A stretch of 55,392 nucleotides of DNA, the filler included, from Barthelona sp. PAP020 (lineage: Eukaryota), in assembly GCA_040182905.1 (NCBI GenBank). It is 2 parts of 2 records of this genome, joined end to end, with 100 filler letters (N's around TTAATTAATTAA, not from the genome) between each part and the next. Parts side by side here need not be neighbours in the genome. Positions count along the whole stretch, not along the records: positions 1 to 27,745 come from JARQWU010000129.1; 1 more part is not named here. The stretch is one strand, 5' to 3'. The translations under genes were made by a program, and so were the position numbers. This document shows positions 10,188-19,338 of this stretch, piece by piece. Position 1 is the first letter of the stretch; each line of letters starts with the position of its first letter. The notes under the pieces were generated by a model. The model was not told the DNA's origin, searched no databases, and saw nothing but the letters and a program-made list of their open reading frames with translations.

Positions 10188-12020
10188 TTATACCATAGGA
10201 CTGAATCTCATCATTGAATCTTGAGATTCCTTAGCCCTTGCAAAAAGGTCAGAAGTATTTCGTTCATAAATAGCCATTTTTTGTTGTAAGAGATCAATAT
10301 CTGCCGAATTATTGTCACCCAATTCAATATCCTCATTTAATTCTTTCAGAGTCATTCGATTTTCAATTAAGGTTGAGGAATTTCCCAAAGTCATTGGCAT
10401 TTGCATTGTATCAGTTTCCACAGGTTTGGTATCATCAAAATTAATTTCAGTCAAAGCTTCAAAATTTTTGACTTTTGATCTCAAGTTATTGTTTTCAGCT
10501 CTCAATTTACGAACCACCTCTTGTGTACTGAATATCATCTGCATATTTTGATCCACCATACTTTCAGCTTCTTTTGCACGTTTTTCCCAAATCTTCAACG
10601 TTTGTTGTTCCTTAAACCTCAATTGTTCATATTCTTCTTTATTAATTTCTGATTCATGCTCTAAAACTTGATATCTCTGTTCCAACTCAGAATTTTCGTT
10701 CAACAATCTTTTTGTGGACGTCTTTAAATCAATAAGTTCTTTGTTAGTTTCTCTGATTCTTTCCTCTGCTTTTCCAAGCCTTGCTTGTAATACATCAATC
10801 TCATCTTGTTTAGCTTTGCGACTTTGTTGCATCTGTTTTTTGTCATTTTCTGCTTCAATTTGAAGGTCTTTCACTTTACCTGCAACTTCAATGTATTTTT
10901 TTTGTGTTTCAGAAAATACTTTTTCCCTACGTTCCAATTCAGTCGTTACATCCTTCAATTTTTGTTGTAACAATTCAATTTGATTGGAGAAATCAAGGTC
11001 TAATTGTTCCAATTCCATTTGATGTGTTTGCTCTTCCTTACTTTTTTGTTTATCCAATTCATCCATCCTATTCGAAGTGATAATTAGCTCTTCAGTTTGT
11101 CGATCAAGATGTTCTTGTAATTCTTTAATTGCAATTATATTTTCTTTGTTTTGTTCTTTGTATTTCTCAGATTCTTTCATAATATTGTTGAACTGAATGG
11201 CTAAGCGACCATCTGAAGATAAAAAGGATGTTTTCAATGCATCAAACATGTAGCTTAATTCTCCTATGTTATTGTTATGAGTTTTTTGTTTTGTGATTAG
11301 CTCATTGTAGTGATCTGCTAGACCCAAAAAACGATTTTGAATAAATTGGATTTTTTGACGATATTCTTGATTCTTATGCAGTAATTTAGCGGCTAAATCT
11401 TCTTTCTCTCTTTCGATATCATCTTTTTCATCAAGAGTATGACGAACCTCTTTATCTTTTTCATCCAAAACTTGATCAATCTTTGCATTTAATTCCCTTT
11501 TCTTTTCCTGAAACCTTTCGCGCTCTTCTTCAAAATTTTTGAATTGATGAGCTTTTTCCCTCTTCAAATCATCAAATTGTCTTAATAGCAAATTATATTC
11601 TGTCTGCAAATCAGAAAAATCCCCTTGAGATTTTTCCAATCTTTCATTTAATAACTTTTCTTTTTCTTTAAATTTTATTTCCAAAGTTTCACGATGTTCC
11701 TTAAATTGGTTGTTAAAAGCATCAGAACGATTCTTTAATTGAGTATTTAACTCTTGAATTTTTCTATTCTTATCTTCAATAGTTATCAAATGTTGTTTGT
11801 TATCATTTTGAATTTTTTTAGATGTGGAAAAGATTTCTCTCTTAATTGAATCAAATTCTTTTTTGGCATCTTGTAATTTTTGTAAATCATTTTGAAACAT
11901 TTCTTCGCGTTGAGTTAATATCATAGCCAGTCGAACATTTTCTTCTCGAGCTTGTACAAACATATTCATAGCTTCTGCAGCTTCTCGTCTAGCTTTGAAT
12001 AGTTCGTTTTGTAAATTCAT
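10188..12020 (-). CDS. Long coiled-coil protein
   Basis: E/K/Q/L-rich heptad-like ORF; likely start MNLQNEL at 12020, the first ATG after the T-rich leader. Confidence 0.85.
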   Translation of the reverse strand: MNLQNELFKARREAAEAMNMFVQAREENVRLAMILTQREEMFQNDLQKLQDAKKEFDSIKREIFSTSKKIQNDNKQHLITIEDKNRKIQELNTQLKNRSDAFNNQFKEHRETLEIKFKEKEKLLNERLEKSQGDFSDLQTEYNLLLRQFDDLKREKAHQFKNFEEERERFQEKKRELNAKIDQVLDEKDKEVRHTLDEKDDIEREKEDLAAKLLHKNQEYRQKIQFIQNRFLGLADHYNELITKQKTHNNNIGELSYMFDALKTSFLSSDGRLAIQFNNIMKESEKYKEQNKENIIAIKELQEHLDRQTEELIITSNRMDELDKQKSKEEQTHQMELEQLDLDFSNQIELLQQKLKDVTTELERREKVFSETQKKYIEVAGKVKDLQIEAENDKKQMQQSRKAKQDEIDVLQARLGKAEERIRETNKELIDLKTSTKRLLNENSELEQRYQVLEHESEINKEEYEQLRFKEQQTLKIWEKRAKEAESMVDQNMQMIFSTQEVVRKLRAENNNLRSKVKNFEALTEINFDDTKPVETDTMQMPMTLGNSSTLIENRMTLKELNEDIELGDNNSADIDLLQQKMAIYERNTSDLFARAKESQDSMMRFSPMV

Positions 12021-12171
12021 TATATGATTCTTAAACTCAAATTTCAAAAAAATCAAAAAAAAAAAGCACAAAAAAAATTTATTTTCGGGTTTTCCCCAAA
12101 TGGTTCATTACCATCAGAATTGACAAAAAGTATCCATATAAACAAGAAAAAACGAAAGAATTTCAATTTTT

Positions 12172-12360
12172 TCAATTATAATCAACGCCAATTTTAATAC
12201 CTTGGTCATCATGATCAGGAGGTTTAATTGGAAAATCTCCAGTCATCACACTGTCAACATCACAAAAGTTTTTAAAAAAAGGTGGGATATCTGCAACTAT
12301 GCCATATTTTTGGTCTAAAAAATACTTTTCAATCAAATTAAACGCATAAGTGTCTTTCAT
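12172..12360 (-). CDS. Possible 62 aa microprotein
   Basis: ATG-initiated ORF of coding-like composition filling the gap between two genes; no homology recognised. Confidence 0.4.
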   Translation of the reverse strand: MKDTYAFNLIEKYFLDQKYGIVADIPPFFKNFCDVDSVMTGDFPIKPPDHDDQGIKIGVDYN

Positions 12361-12447
12361 AATGTTGAAATCATTAAAAAGAACAGGATTTTATTTCACA
12401 TTTTATTGTTTTTTTTTTTTTTAAAGACTGTTATTGATCAGAATGTG

Positions 12448-13347
12448 ATGAGATGGAAATACCAAAAAAATCCTGAAAGTGTTTTTATTCTTGGAGTTAA
12501 ATGTTTTACTTCTGAAAAAGAAGATAAAATGACCAGAGATGTGTTAGCGATATTAGTTACTCGAATTTTTATTTCATACCGCAAGAATTTTTCTCCTATC
12601 GACAACTTTACCACTGATAGAGGTTGGGGATGTTGTATTCGTAGTTCTCAAATGTTGTTTGCAGAAACGTTGCTTAGACATGAAAGTAAAGTATTTTGGT
12701 CGGAAGTTAATGATGATACAATGAGAATAATTAACCTTTTTAATGATAATCCAAGAAAAATATTGTCTATCCATCAAATATGCTTGGAAGCTGGGATTCC
12801 TGCTGGAAAATGGTTTGGTCCAAACGTAGCTTGTGGAACTTTAGCTAAGATATTGAACAATTATCAGTTTTTCCAATCTTATCTGTTTCCTGATTCAACT
12901 GTTTATTTAGATCAAATTTCTTCGTTTCCATGTTTGATTTTGATATCGTGTAGACCTGGCCTTGAAAAAATTTCCAAAGAATATGAGGATGATGTGTTAA
13001 AGCTGTTTCAAATTCCTTGTTTTATAGGTTTAGTTGGTGGAGAGGAAAATGCCAGTTATTATTTTTATGCTATGCGTGATAGGGAACTCATTTGCCTAAA
13101 TCCTCATGAGGTCAGAGGTTATTGTCAAAATCCTCGAATTCAAGATTATCTACCACGTTGTAACAGTGAAAATGTTAAGTTGTTGAATGTGTCTAGGCTA
13201 TTTCCTAGCTTTACGGTTGGGTTCTATTGTTTTCAAAGAAGTGAATTGGAGTTTGTAACTGATTGCTTAGAAGAAGTTAATTTTATTGCAGTTTTGAATT
13301 CAAACACTGTAAATGACTTTAATCCAGACGAAATTTTGTGTTTTTAG
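12448..13347 (+). CDS. ATG4: Autophagy cysteine protease ATG4 (peptidase C54)
   Basis: ISYRKNFSPI, TDRGWGCCIRSSQM (catalytic Cys), GKWFGP, GLVGG...SYYF, LICLNPH, PSFTVGFYC. First ATG at 12448. Confidence 0.93.
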   Translation: MRWKYQKNPESVFILGVKCFTSEKEDKMTRDVLAILVTRIFISYRKNFSPIDNFTTDRGWGCCIRSSQMLFAETLLRHESKVFWSEVNDDTMRIINLFNDNPRKILSIHQICLEAGIPAGKWFGPNVACGTLAKILNNYQFFQSYLFPDSTVYLDQISSFPCLILISCRPGLEKISKEYEDDVLKLFQIPCFIGLVGGEENASYYFYAMRDRELICLNPHEVRGYCQNPRIQDYLPRCNSENVKLLNVSRLFPSFTVGFYCFQRSELEFVTDCLEEVNFIAVLNSNTVNDFNPDEILCF

Positions 13348-14609
13348 ATGTTTGAAAGGGTTTAATATTTTCCATGTGCTAAAAATCTGTTTTCTGTGCT
13401 TATAAACATCAAATAAGATCCTGTGGGGAATTTAATTTACTTTCTGTGGCTCATTTAATCGTATTAATGTTATTGCCTAGTTTTATTTGGTTGATAGAAA
13501 AGTCACCGAATTTTATGTTTAACACTGAAGAATATCTCCTTTTTTGCAAGAATATAACTTTGTGACAAGATTTCTTCCTTTTATTGGTCCAGTTATGAAA
13601 CAACTATATATTTATTCACCGAGAAAGTAAACTGAAAAAACTCATTTTAGAAAATTTCAGCGAAAATAAATGCAGGAATATTTGAGAAAAATTTTTCCAT
13701 TCCTATTTTTTCCACTTTTCATAAGCCAAATTTTTAAGCCTTTAACTTTCATTTTTTAAGAAATTCTTTGTTGCAAAAGATCAATCGGACCTCAAAAGCT
13801 TTCAGTCAAATAAACGTTATTCTTTCTTATTTTCTCATATTTAAATTGCTGTTTGACCTGGAAATAATCCGATGGATTTTATCTTGTAGATTTAAGTGAA
13901 TTATTTCGGAAGATATTCCACTTCTGTCTTTTCTTTAAAAGCGAAAGCAAAATTCTCAAGTGTTTACTTTTTTCATAAATTTAAAAGACTTTTATTTTTA
14001 TGTTAACCCATTACGTTGGGGTTTGGTATAGTGAGAAGTTTTCAATGACGAAGATTTTGGGATGTTCGACTCCTAAAAAAAAAGAATTAAATTGAGTATT
14101 CTTGAAGTAAAGAATTGTTCTTGTTGACGTTATCTCTATGTTTGGAGTCTTATCTGGAATTTCTTTGACTTTTGTTGAACTCTCCGAGTGATGCTTGTAT
14201 CTTAACTACTGTCCTATGTGTGCGTTATACATGTCTTCTTTATGAAAATGTTTGTAAAATCTTTACATTTTATTTCTCTTCAATACGAAAAATTGAAAAG
14301 ATTATGTCAAGAAATCATACTGTGACCTGTCATAAAGATTTGAGATATGCACCAGTGCTGTTATCTGATAGTTGGATGAAAACTTCATGTGTCCTTATGT
14401 AAGCACTGTAATTCATGAATTTCTGCATTTTTCGTGTACAAATTTGTCCATCTTGGAGTTTTGCTTTTTTGTGAATAAATATATGTTGTTTTGCAATTGT
14501 ACTAATAAACTATTTAAAAGAACAAGAAATAATATTGTTTTTGAATTTGCTATTCACTTTTTTTGCTCTCAATCTATTTTGAAAATAATGCTTCAGACTG
14601 TTCCACTGA

Positions 14610-15812
14610 TTAATCTTCATCATAACTATGATCACTTTGTTCATTGAAAAATGAGTGCATATTGCCACCATTCATTTCATTGACATCAACCAAATCCCAA
14701 CATGTGTCAACGATCATGCTATACTCCTCTTCATTCATGTACATTCCTGTGGCTACCAATTGTCTTATGACTTGAGTATCCATATTCAGATCAATAAGAT
14801 TCGACAACACATGGCCAACATCCCTTGACAATTGAATAAGTTCCGACTCGTGTGAGGGATCATAGCCAGGCACAATTGAATAGATTTTGATGATAGCCCC
14901 TTCACACTTTCCACATACTAACTGTTTTTTATCAGGTGATATGGCAAAGGAAAAATAAGATTTGCCACAACCGCAATGTACTTTTTGAATCTCCTGAAAG
15001 TTATCCACATTGAATGAGGTAATATACCCATCATTGGACATAACAAGCAAAACACTGGGTGTTAGGAAATGAAGACACCATATTTGACCGCCCAGCTCAA
15101 ATGTATGAATTAATAATCCGTCGTCCATATTCCAGAGTTTGACTTTATTTGACTCATCACCAAGGGCGATCACTCTTTGAATTGGGTGGAAATCAATGGC
15201 TTCAATATACCCATCTTGATTGAATGTGCGAACAACAGACAAGTCTTCAGCGTCAACAATCTTGGCAATACGATCAATACAGCTAATCAAAAGATTTTCA
15301 CCATCTAACGCACGTTGTAACCTCATAATAAGATTGGAATGAACTCTTTCTTCTAAGACAACCTCACCTGTATTTATATTCCATTTCTTAATGTCTCCAA
15401 TCCCATCACCTGAATATAAATAATTGGAACAATGAGAAAAACAAATTCCACAAACAATCCTATCCACATTCAATCTATACAAGATGGAGTAATCTCGAAG
15501 GCTGTATATGATAATAGACTCATTTAAGGAAGAAGATGCCAACTTTTGTCCGTCTAGTGAAATGGCAATGCCATAAACAAGGCTTGTGTGATCTTTCAAT
15601 GTATGATCCAGTTTTTCGGCTTCTACATCAATAATATGAATAAATCTACTTTCACGAACAACCAAATACTTTCCATCTGGTGAGTATTCAATGTCACCCA
15701 TGTCCTTATGTAGCACCCCCTTAATTTCACCCTCACCGTCTTCATCAATTTTGGGAGTAAACATACCACCTACAGTCATCTCCACTAACTCATGGCTTGA
15801 CTTGGCAAACAT
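14610..15812 (-). CDS. WD40 repeat protein, expanded-family paralogue 2
   Basis: Colinear with paralogues 1 and 3. Start MFAKSSHEL (15812) chosen because it aligns with MITESRSEL of paralogue 3, both preceded by tgat. Confidence 0.92.
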   Translation of the reverse strand: MFAKSSHELVEMTVGGMFTPKIDEDGEGEIKGVLHKDMGDIEYSPDGKYLVVRESRFIHIIDVEAEKLDHTLKDHTSLVYGIAISLDGQKLASSSLNESIIIYSLRDYSILYRLNVDRIVCGICFSHCSNYLYSGDGIGDIKKWNINTGEVVLEERVHSNLIMRLQRALDGENLLISCIDRIAKIVDAEDLSVVRTFNQDGYIEAIDFHPIQRVIALGDESNKVKLWNMDDGLLIHTFELGGQIWCLHFLTPSVLLVMSNDGYITSFNVDNFQEIQKVHCGCGKSYFSFAISPDKKQLVCGKCEGAIIKIYSIVPGYDPSHESELIQLSRDVGHVLSNLIDLNMDTQVIRQLVATGMYMNEEEYSMIVDTCWDLVDVNEMNGGNMHSFFNEQSDHSYDED

Positions 15813-16131
15813 ATCACACTCTAAATAATATTTAAGGCAGAAAATGGAATTCATTCTTCTTTTGTTTTTGGTATTTCAACTTCTCCTTTGATTGTTGACT
15901 ATTTGATAATATTAAATATTATCATATTATGAACTATTGCACAATCGGAATTAATTGATGGGATTTATAAATTGTCTTTTTTGAATATTCTTTCAAATCC
16001 TTTTATTTTCCGTATAAAGATACAACCACAGCAGTTGTGATGAAAGTTAAGTGCAAGATTATTCTAACTTGAAATAAAACATGAACAATATTTATTTTTT
16101 TAATTTACATTCAATATTTCTCGTCTAATGA

Positions 16132-18450
16132 ATGAATGAACGAAGTGAAGATATTGCAAGTCTTTTTTTATTAAACTTAAGATTATTAGATTTTGATTTT
16201 AATCAATTTGAAGAAAAAGATTTGATAAGATTTGACATATCATTTTTGACTTCATTATCAAAAGAACGATTAAACATTATTTTGTATTTTCTTGTTTCGG
16301 AGTATTTTGGTGATGAGGAAAGAACCAATAAATTTTTTAATATTCGAAAAAATACAAATTTAAAACTTAAATTGAAAGCCAATTCATCAGAAATAATGGA
16401 TAAAGTCGCTAATTTATTCTATTCGTTGTCTAGAGAGAATTTATTGCCAATTGGTAGTGGTGTTCGGTCGAAACTAAATAATTATGGAGGATCCAACACG
16501 TTAATACGAGCTTTATGGCATTTTTCTTCATTAATTCTGGGAAAACGAATTCGGAATACTTATCCTCATTTGACCGATGATTTATTCCTTTCTACAATCA
16601 ATAAGAAAAACGGAAACATGAAATTGTACTTTAAACAAGTTCAAATACACACTTTAATAGCTTTTGATGAAGTGAAGAAAATAATTGGTACCATTCAAAA
16701 GACTCATCTTGAATGGCATGATACGGCGAACAAAATTAATGAAACAGTAAGATTTATGAAAGATGAGATATCCAAAGTGGATGAATATCCAAAATCAGGA
16801 ATCTCTTCTGAGGCGATTGTTAATGATGTTGAAGAAATTGTAAATTCCACACATATGGTGAATGAAATATTCAATTTAGTTAACCAAACCAATATATCTC
16901 AATATATTCAATCGGGTGTTGAATTGAGACCTTCTGTAAAAGATTTTTTTGTTGATAACCAAAGATCGGCAGATGATTTGTTTCTTGAAGTTAGTGGTGC
17001 TTTGCGTAGTTCATCTGTTGAGATGCAAACAGGAGCAAACTCCATGCTTCAATTTCTAAATGCCAGATTTGAAGAAATCTCTCAACCTTTATCTTTACAA
17101 ACATCTGTTGATTCGTTGATTGAACTTGAAAAAACCGTTGATGATTTAATTGAACAAAGTACTAAAACTTTATACTTTTTGGAGCCCAAAAAATATTTGC
17201 CAATTGGTATTTCTCCCTCAGGAATAGACTTATTCTTGCCTTCACCAACACCTGGGGCAAACACTATTCTTCAAAAGGGACAGCGATTTCCTGTTGAAAA
17301 AATGGTTTCTGATTCGCCATTGATTACCCCTGGACGAACTCCAGCAAATATTCATGAAATAACTGATATGGTATACAATCAAGCCAATATAGTTGGATTA
17401 CCAGTTTCAATGCAAACTCCGGATCCACATAAAAAGACGAAAGTTAGTCAAAGAAATGGGATTGTCGAAGATATGATCGAAGAACCTGAACAAAAATTGT
17501 TTTCTGCTATGCCTGAAACTAAGTTGTTTGAAAATATTAACATTTCCTCCAAGGTTTCGACCCCAATTTCCACTTACGATTTGAAAACTAGCACATTTAC
17601 ACCTACGAAAGTTATAATTGATTCTGATGAAGAGAAAGACATTTCTGAAGATTCGCCTTTGCTGTCAGTTGAGCAACCCCTACCTAAACTATCATTAACC
17701 CCCGAAGAACTGGTCAAAAAACCTATTTCAGAAGATATATCATTGGATTCAGTCATATTTGAAATGAACCAACCAGTGAAGATCTTAACAAATAAGCAGT
17801 ATCAATTCAATGAGACACCCAACAATGATATTTTTTCCAATCCAAAACCTCAAAAAAATCTCAACTCATCTCAAAGAAATAACTTGGATAGAATTGATCG
17901 TTTTAATAAGCAAACACGTACACCTTTGAAAATTGATCATGACAACAGGTCCTTTAATGACCTTGTCAAGTCTTCACCCGTTAATAATGCGAGCTATGTT
18001 TCTTCATTGAACGATAATCAGAATTCAGTTTTTTTAACTGAGTATATCGGTGATATCCCTGAAAATAACACCGTAAACATTCTTGATCACACAAAAACAT
18101 ATAAACATTTACAAAAGAGTGACAGTAGTCAAAGTGTTGAAAGTGAACTAGACTCGATATCTGATTCTTATCTGGATGCTAAGATCAGCTTTGAATCCAT
18201 CCAGTCTGTTTCATTAACACCTACAAATGCCAATCACAACTTCAAAAATTATGTTGATTCAACAACAATTGGAGATGAAAAGACAAATCAATTACATGAT
18301 GCCTATAATTATTGGACCGAGACTCCATTTAAGGTTAAAGAAGCTCAATTATTACAACAACAACAAATATCTCAATTAATTCATTCGACAACCGATTTTT
18401 TGGAGGAGTTAAAAGGTATTTCTTCTGATTCAGATTTTGAGGATTATTGA
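16132..18450 (+). CDS. HAUS6: Augmin/HAUS subunit 6-like protein
   Basis: N-terminal FLLNLRLLDFD...ILYFLV...VRSKLNNYGG...LWHFS resembles the HAUS6 N-terminal domain; followed by coiled coil and a long S/T/P-rich disordered tail as in HAUS6. Confidence 0.75.
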   Translation: MNERSEDIASLFLLNLRLLDFDFNQFEEKDLIRFDISFLTSLSKERLNIILYFLVSEYFGDEERTNKFFNIRKNTNLKLKLKANSSEIMDKVANLFYSLSRENLLPIGSGVRSKLNNYGGSNTLIRALWHFSSLILGKRIRNTYPHLTDDLFLSTINKKNGNMKLYFKQVQIHTLIAFDEVKKIIGTIQKTHLEWHDTANKINETVRFMKDEISKVDEYPKSGISSEAIVNDVEEIVNSTHMVNEIFNLVNQTNISQYIQSGVELRPSVKDFFVDNQRSADDLFLEVSGALRSSSVEMQTGANSMLQFLNARFEEISQPLSLQTSVDSLIELEKTVDDLIEQSTKTLYFLEPKKYLPIGISPSGIDLFLPSPTPGANTILQKGQRFPVEKMVSDSPLITPGRTPANIHEITDMVYNQANIVGLPVSMQTPDPHKKTKVSQRNGIVEDMIEEPEQKLFSAMPETKLFENINISSKVSTPISTYDLKTSTFTPTKVIIDSDEEKDISEDSPLLSVEQPLPKLSLTPEELVKKPISEDISLDSVIFEMNQPVKILTNKQYQFNETPNNDIFSNPKPQKNLNSSQRNNLDRIDRFNKQTRTPLKIDHDNRSFNDLVKSSPVNNASYVSSLNDNQNSVFLTEYIGDIPENNTVNILDHTKTYKHLQKSDSSQSVESELDSISDSYLDAKISFESIQSVSLTPTNANHNFKNYVDSTTIGDEKTNQLHDAYNYWTETPFKVKEAQLLQQQQISQLIHSTTDFLEELKGISSDSDFEDY

Positions 18451-18902
18451 TAAAGTTTTTATTCAAAAATACAAAAACCTTGTAAATTTTTATTGTTGGT
18501 GTATTTTTTTATCTTTAAACCTTATTAAAAAGGTTCACATGTCAATAAATAACACTCCTTTTTTAACTTGACTGTTAATGTGAATTAAAGATCAAGATTT
18601 TCTATTCTTTCTCAAAGCAAACGTTTACAAATGCCAAGATAAAAGTTCTATTTTGTAATGAAAAATAAATATCCATTTATAACCAAATAATCAGTGTTTT
18701 TTCTTTTTTAAACCGTATCTTTAATTAAATAAAACAATATGTTACAATTTTGAGAGCAAATTTTTCGATAAACAAACAAACAAAAAATATTTACTTGCAT
18801 GACTAATTTTTGTAAAAGAATACAACCACAATGTTTAGAATGCATACATACATATCAATATTATTTATATATATTTATATATATATATATAAATTAAAAA
18901 AT

Positions 18903-19136
18903 TTAGATTTCAACATCAACAGGTCTAATATACTTTAAATTACCACGAACAAACAACACAGGGAATTTTTTTCTAATTGTATTTTGATATTTTTGTTCAA
19001 CATTTAGCAAAACCAAATTAAATGAAGGGTCAACAGAATGTAAATCGCCTTCATAGAGAACATTTGCATCAGTTAATACGACAATTCTTTTGTTAATTAA
19101 ATCTTTAACATAATCGGAAGGATTTTGATTGTCCAT
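18903..19136 (-). CDS. LSM6: Sm-like protein, most similar to LSm6 (SmF possible)
   Basis: NPSDYVKDLINKRIVV..YEGDLHSVDPSFNLVL (Sm1) and LFVRGN (Sm2); start MDNQNPS at 19136. Confidence 0.75.
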   Translation of the reverse strand: MDNQNPSDYVKDLINKRIVVLTDANVLYEGDLHSVDPSFNLVLLNVEQKYQNTIRKKFPVLFVRGNLKYIRPVDVEI

Positions 19137-19338
19137 TGAGATAAAGAGAGAAAAAAAAAAGTTAAAAAAAAAAATGCAAGTGAATTTATTGAATGGTAAT
19201 GTTTGAAAATTCATTGAGGATATCATCACAAATAAACAGATTGTATAAATATCGTATTTATCACAGAAGATTAATAATTTAATGAAAGAATGCCTGCTAT
19301 TTAAACAACAAGATTTTTTTTTTTTCTATATGCATTGA

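Noticed and set aside
14015..14078. tRNA-like A box (TGGTATAGTG) and B box (GTTCGACTCC)
   Set aside because: No acceptor stem, anticodon arm or canonical 5-bp T stem could be folded.
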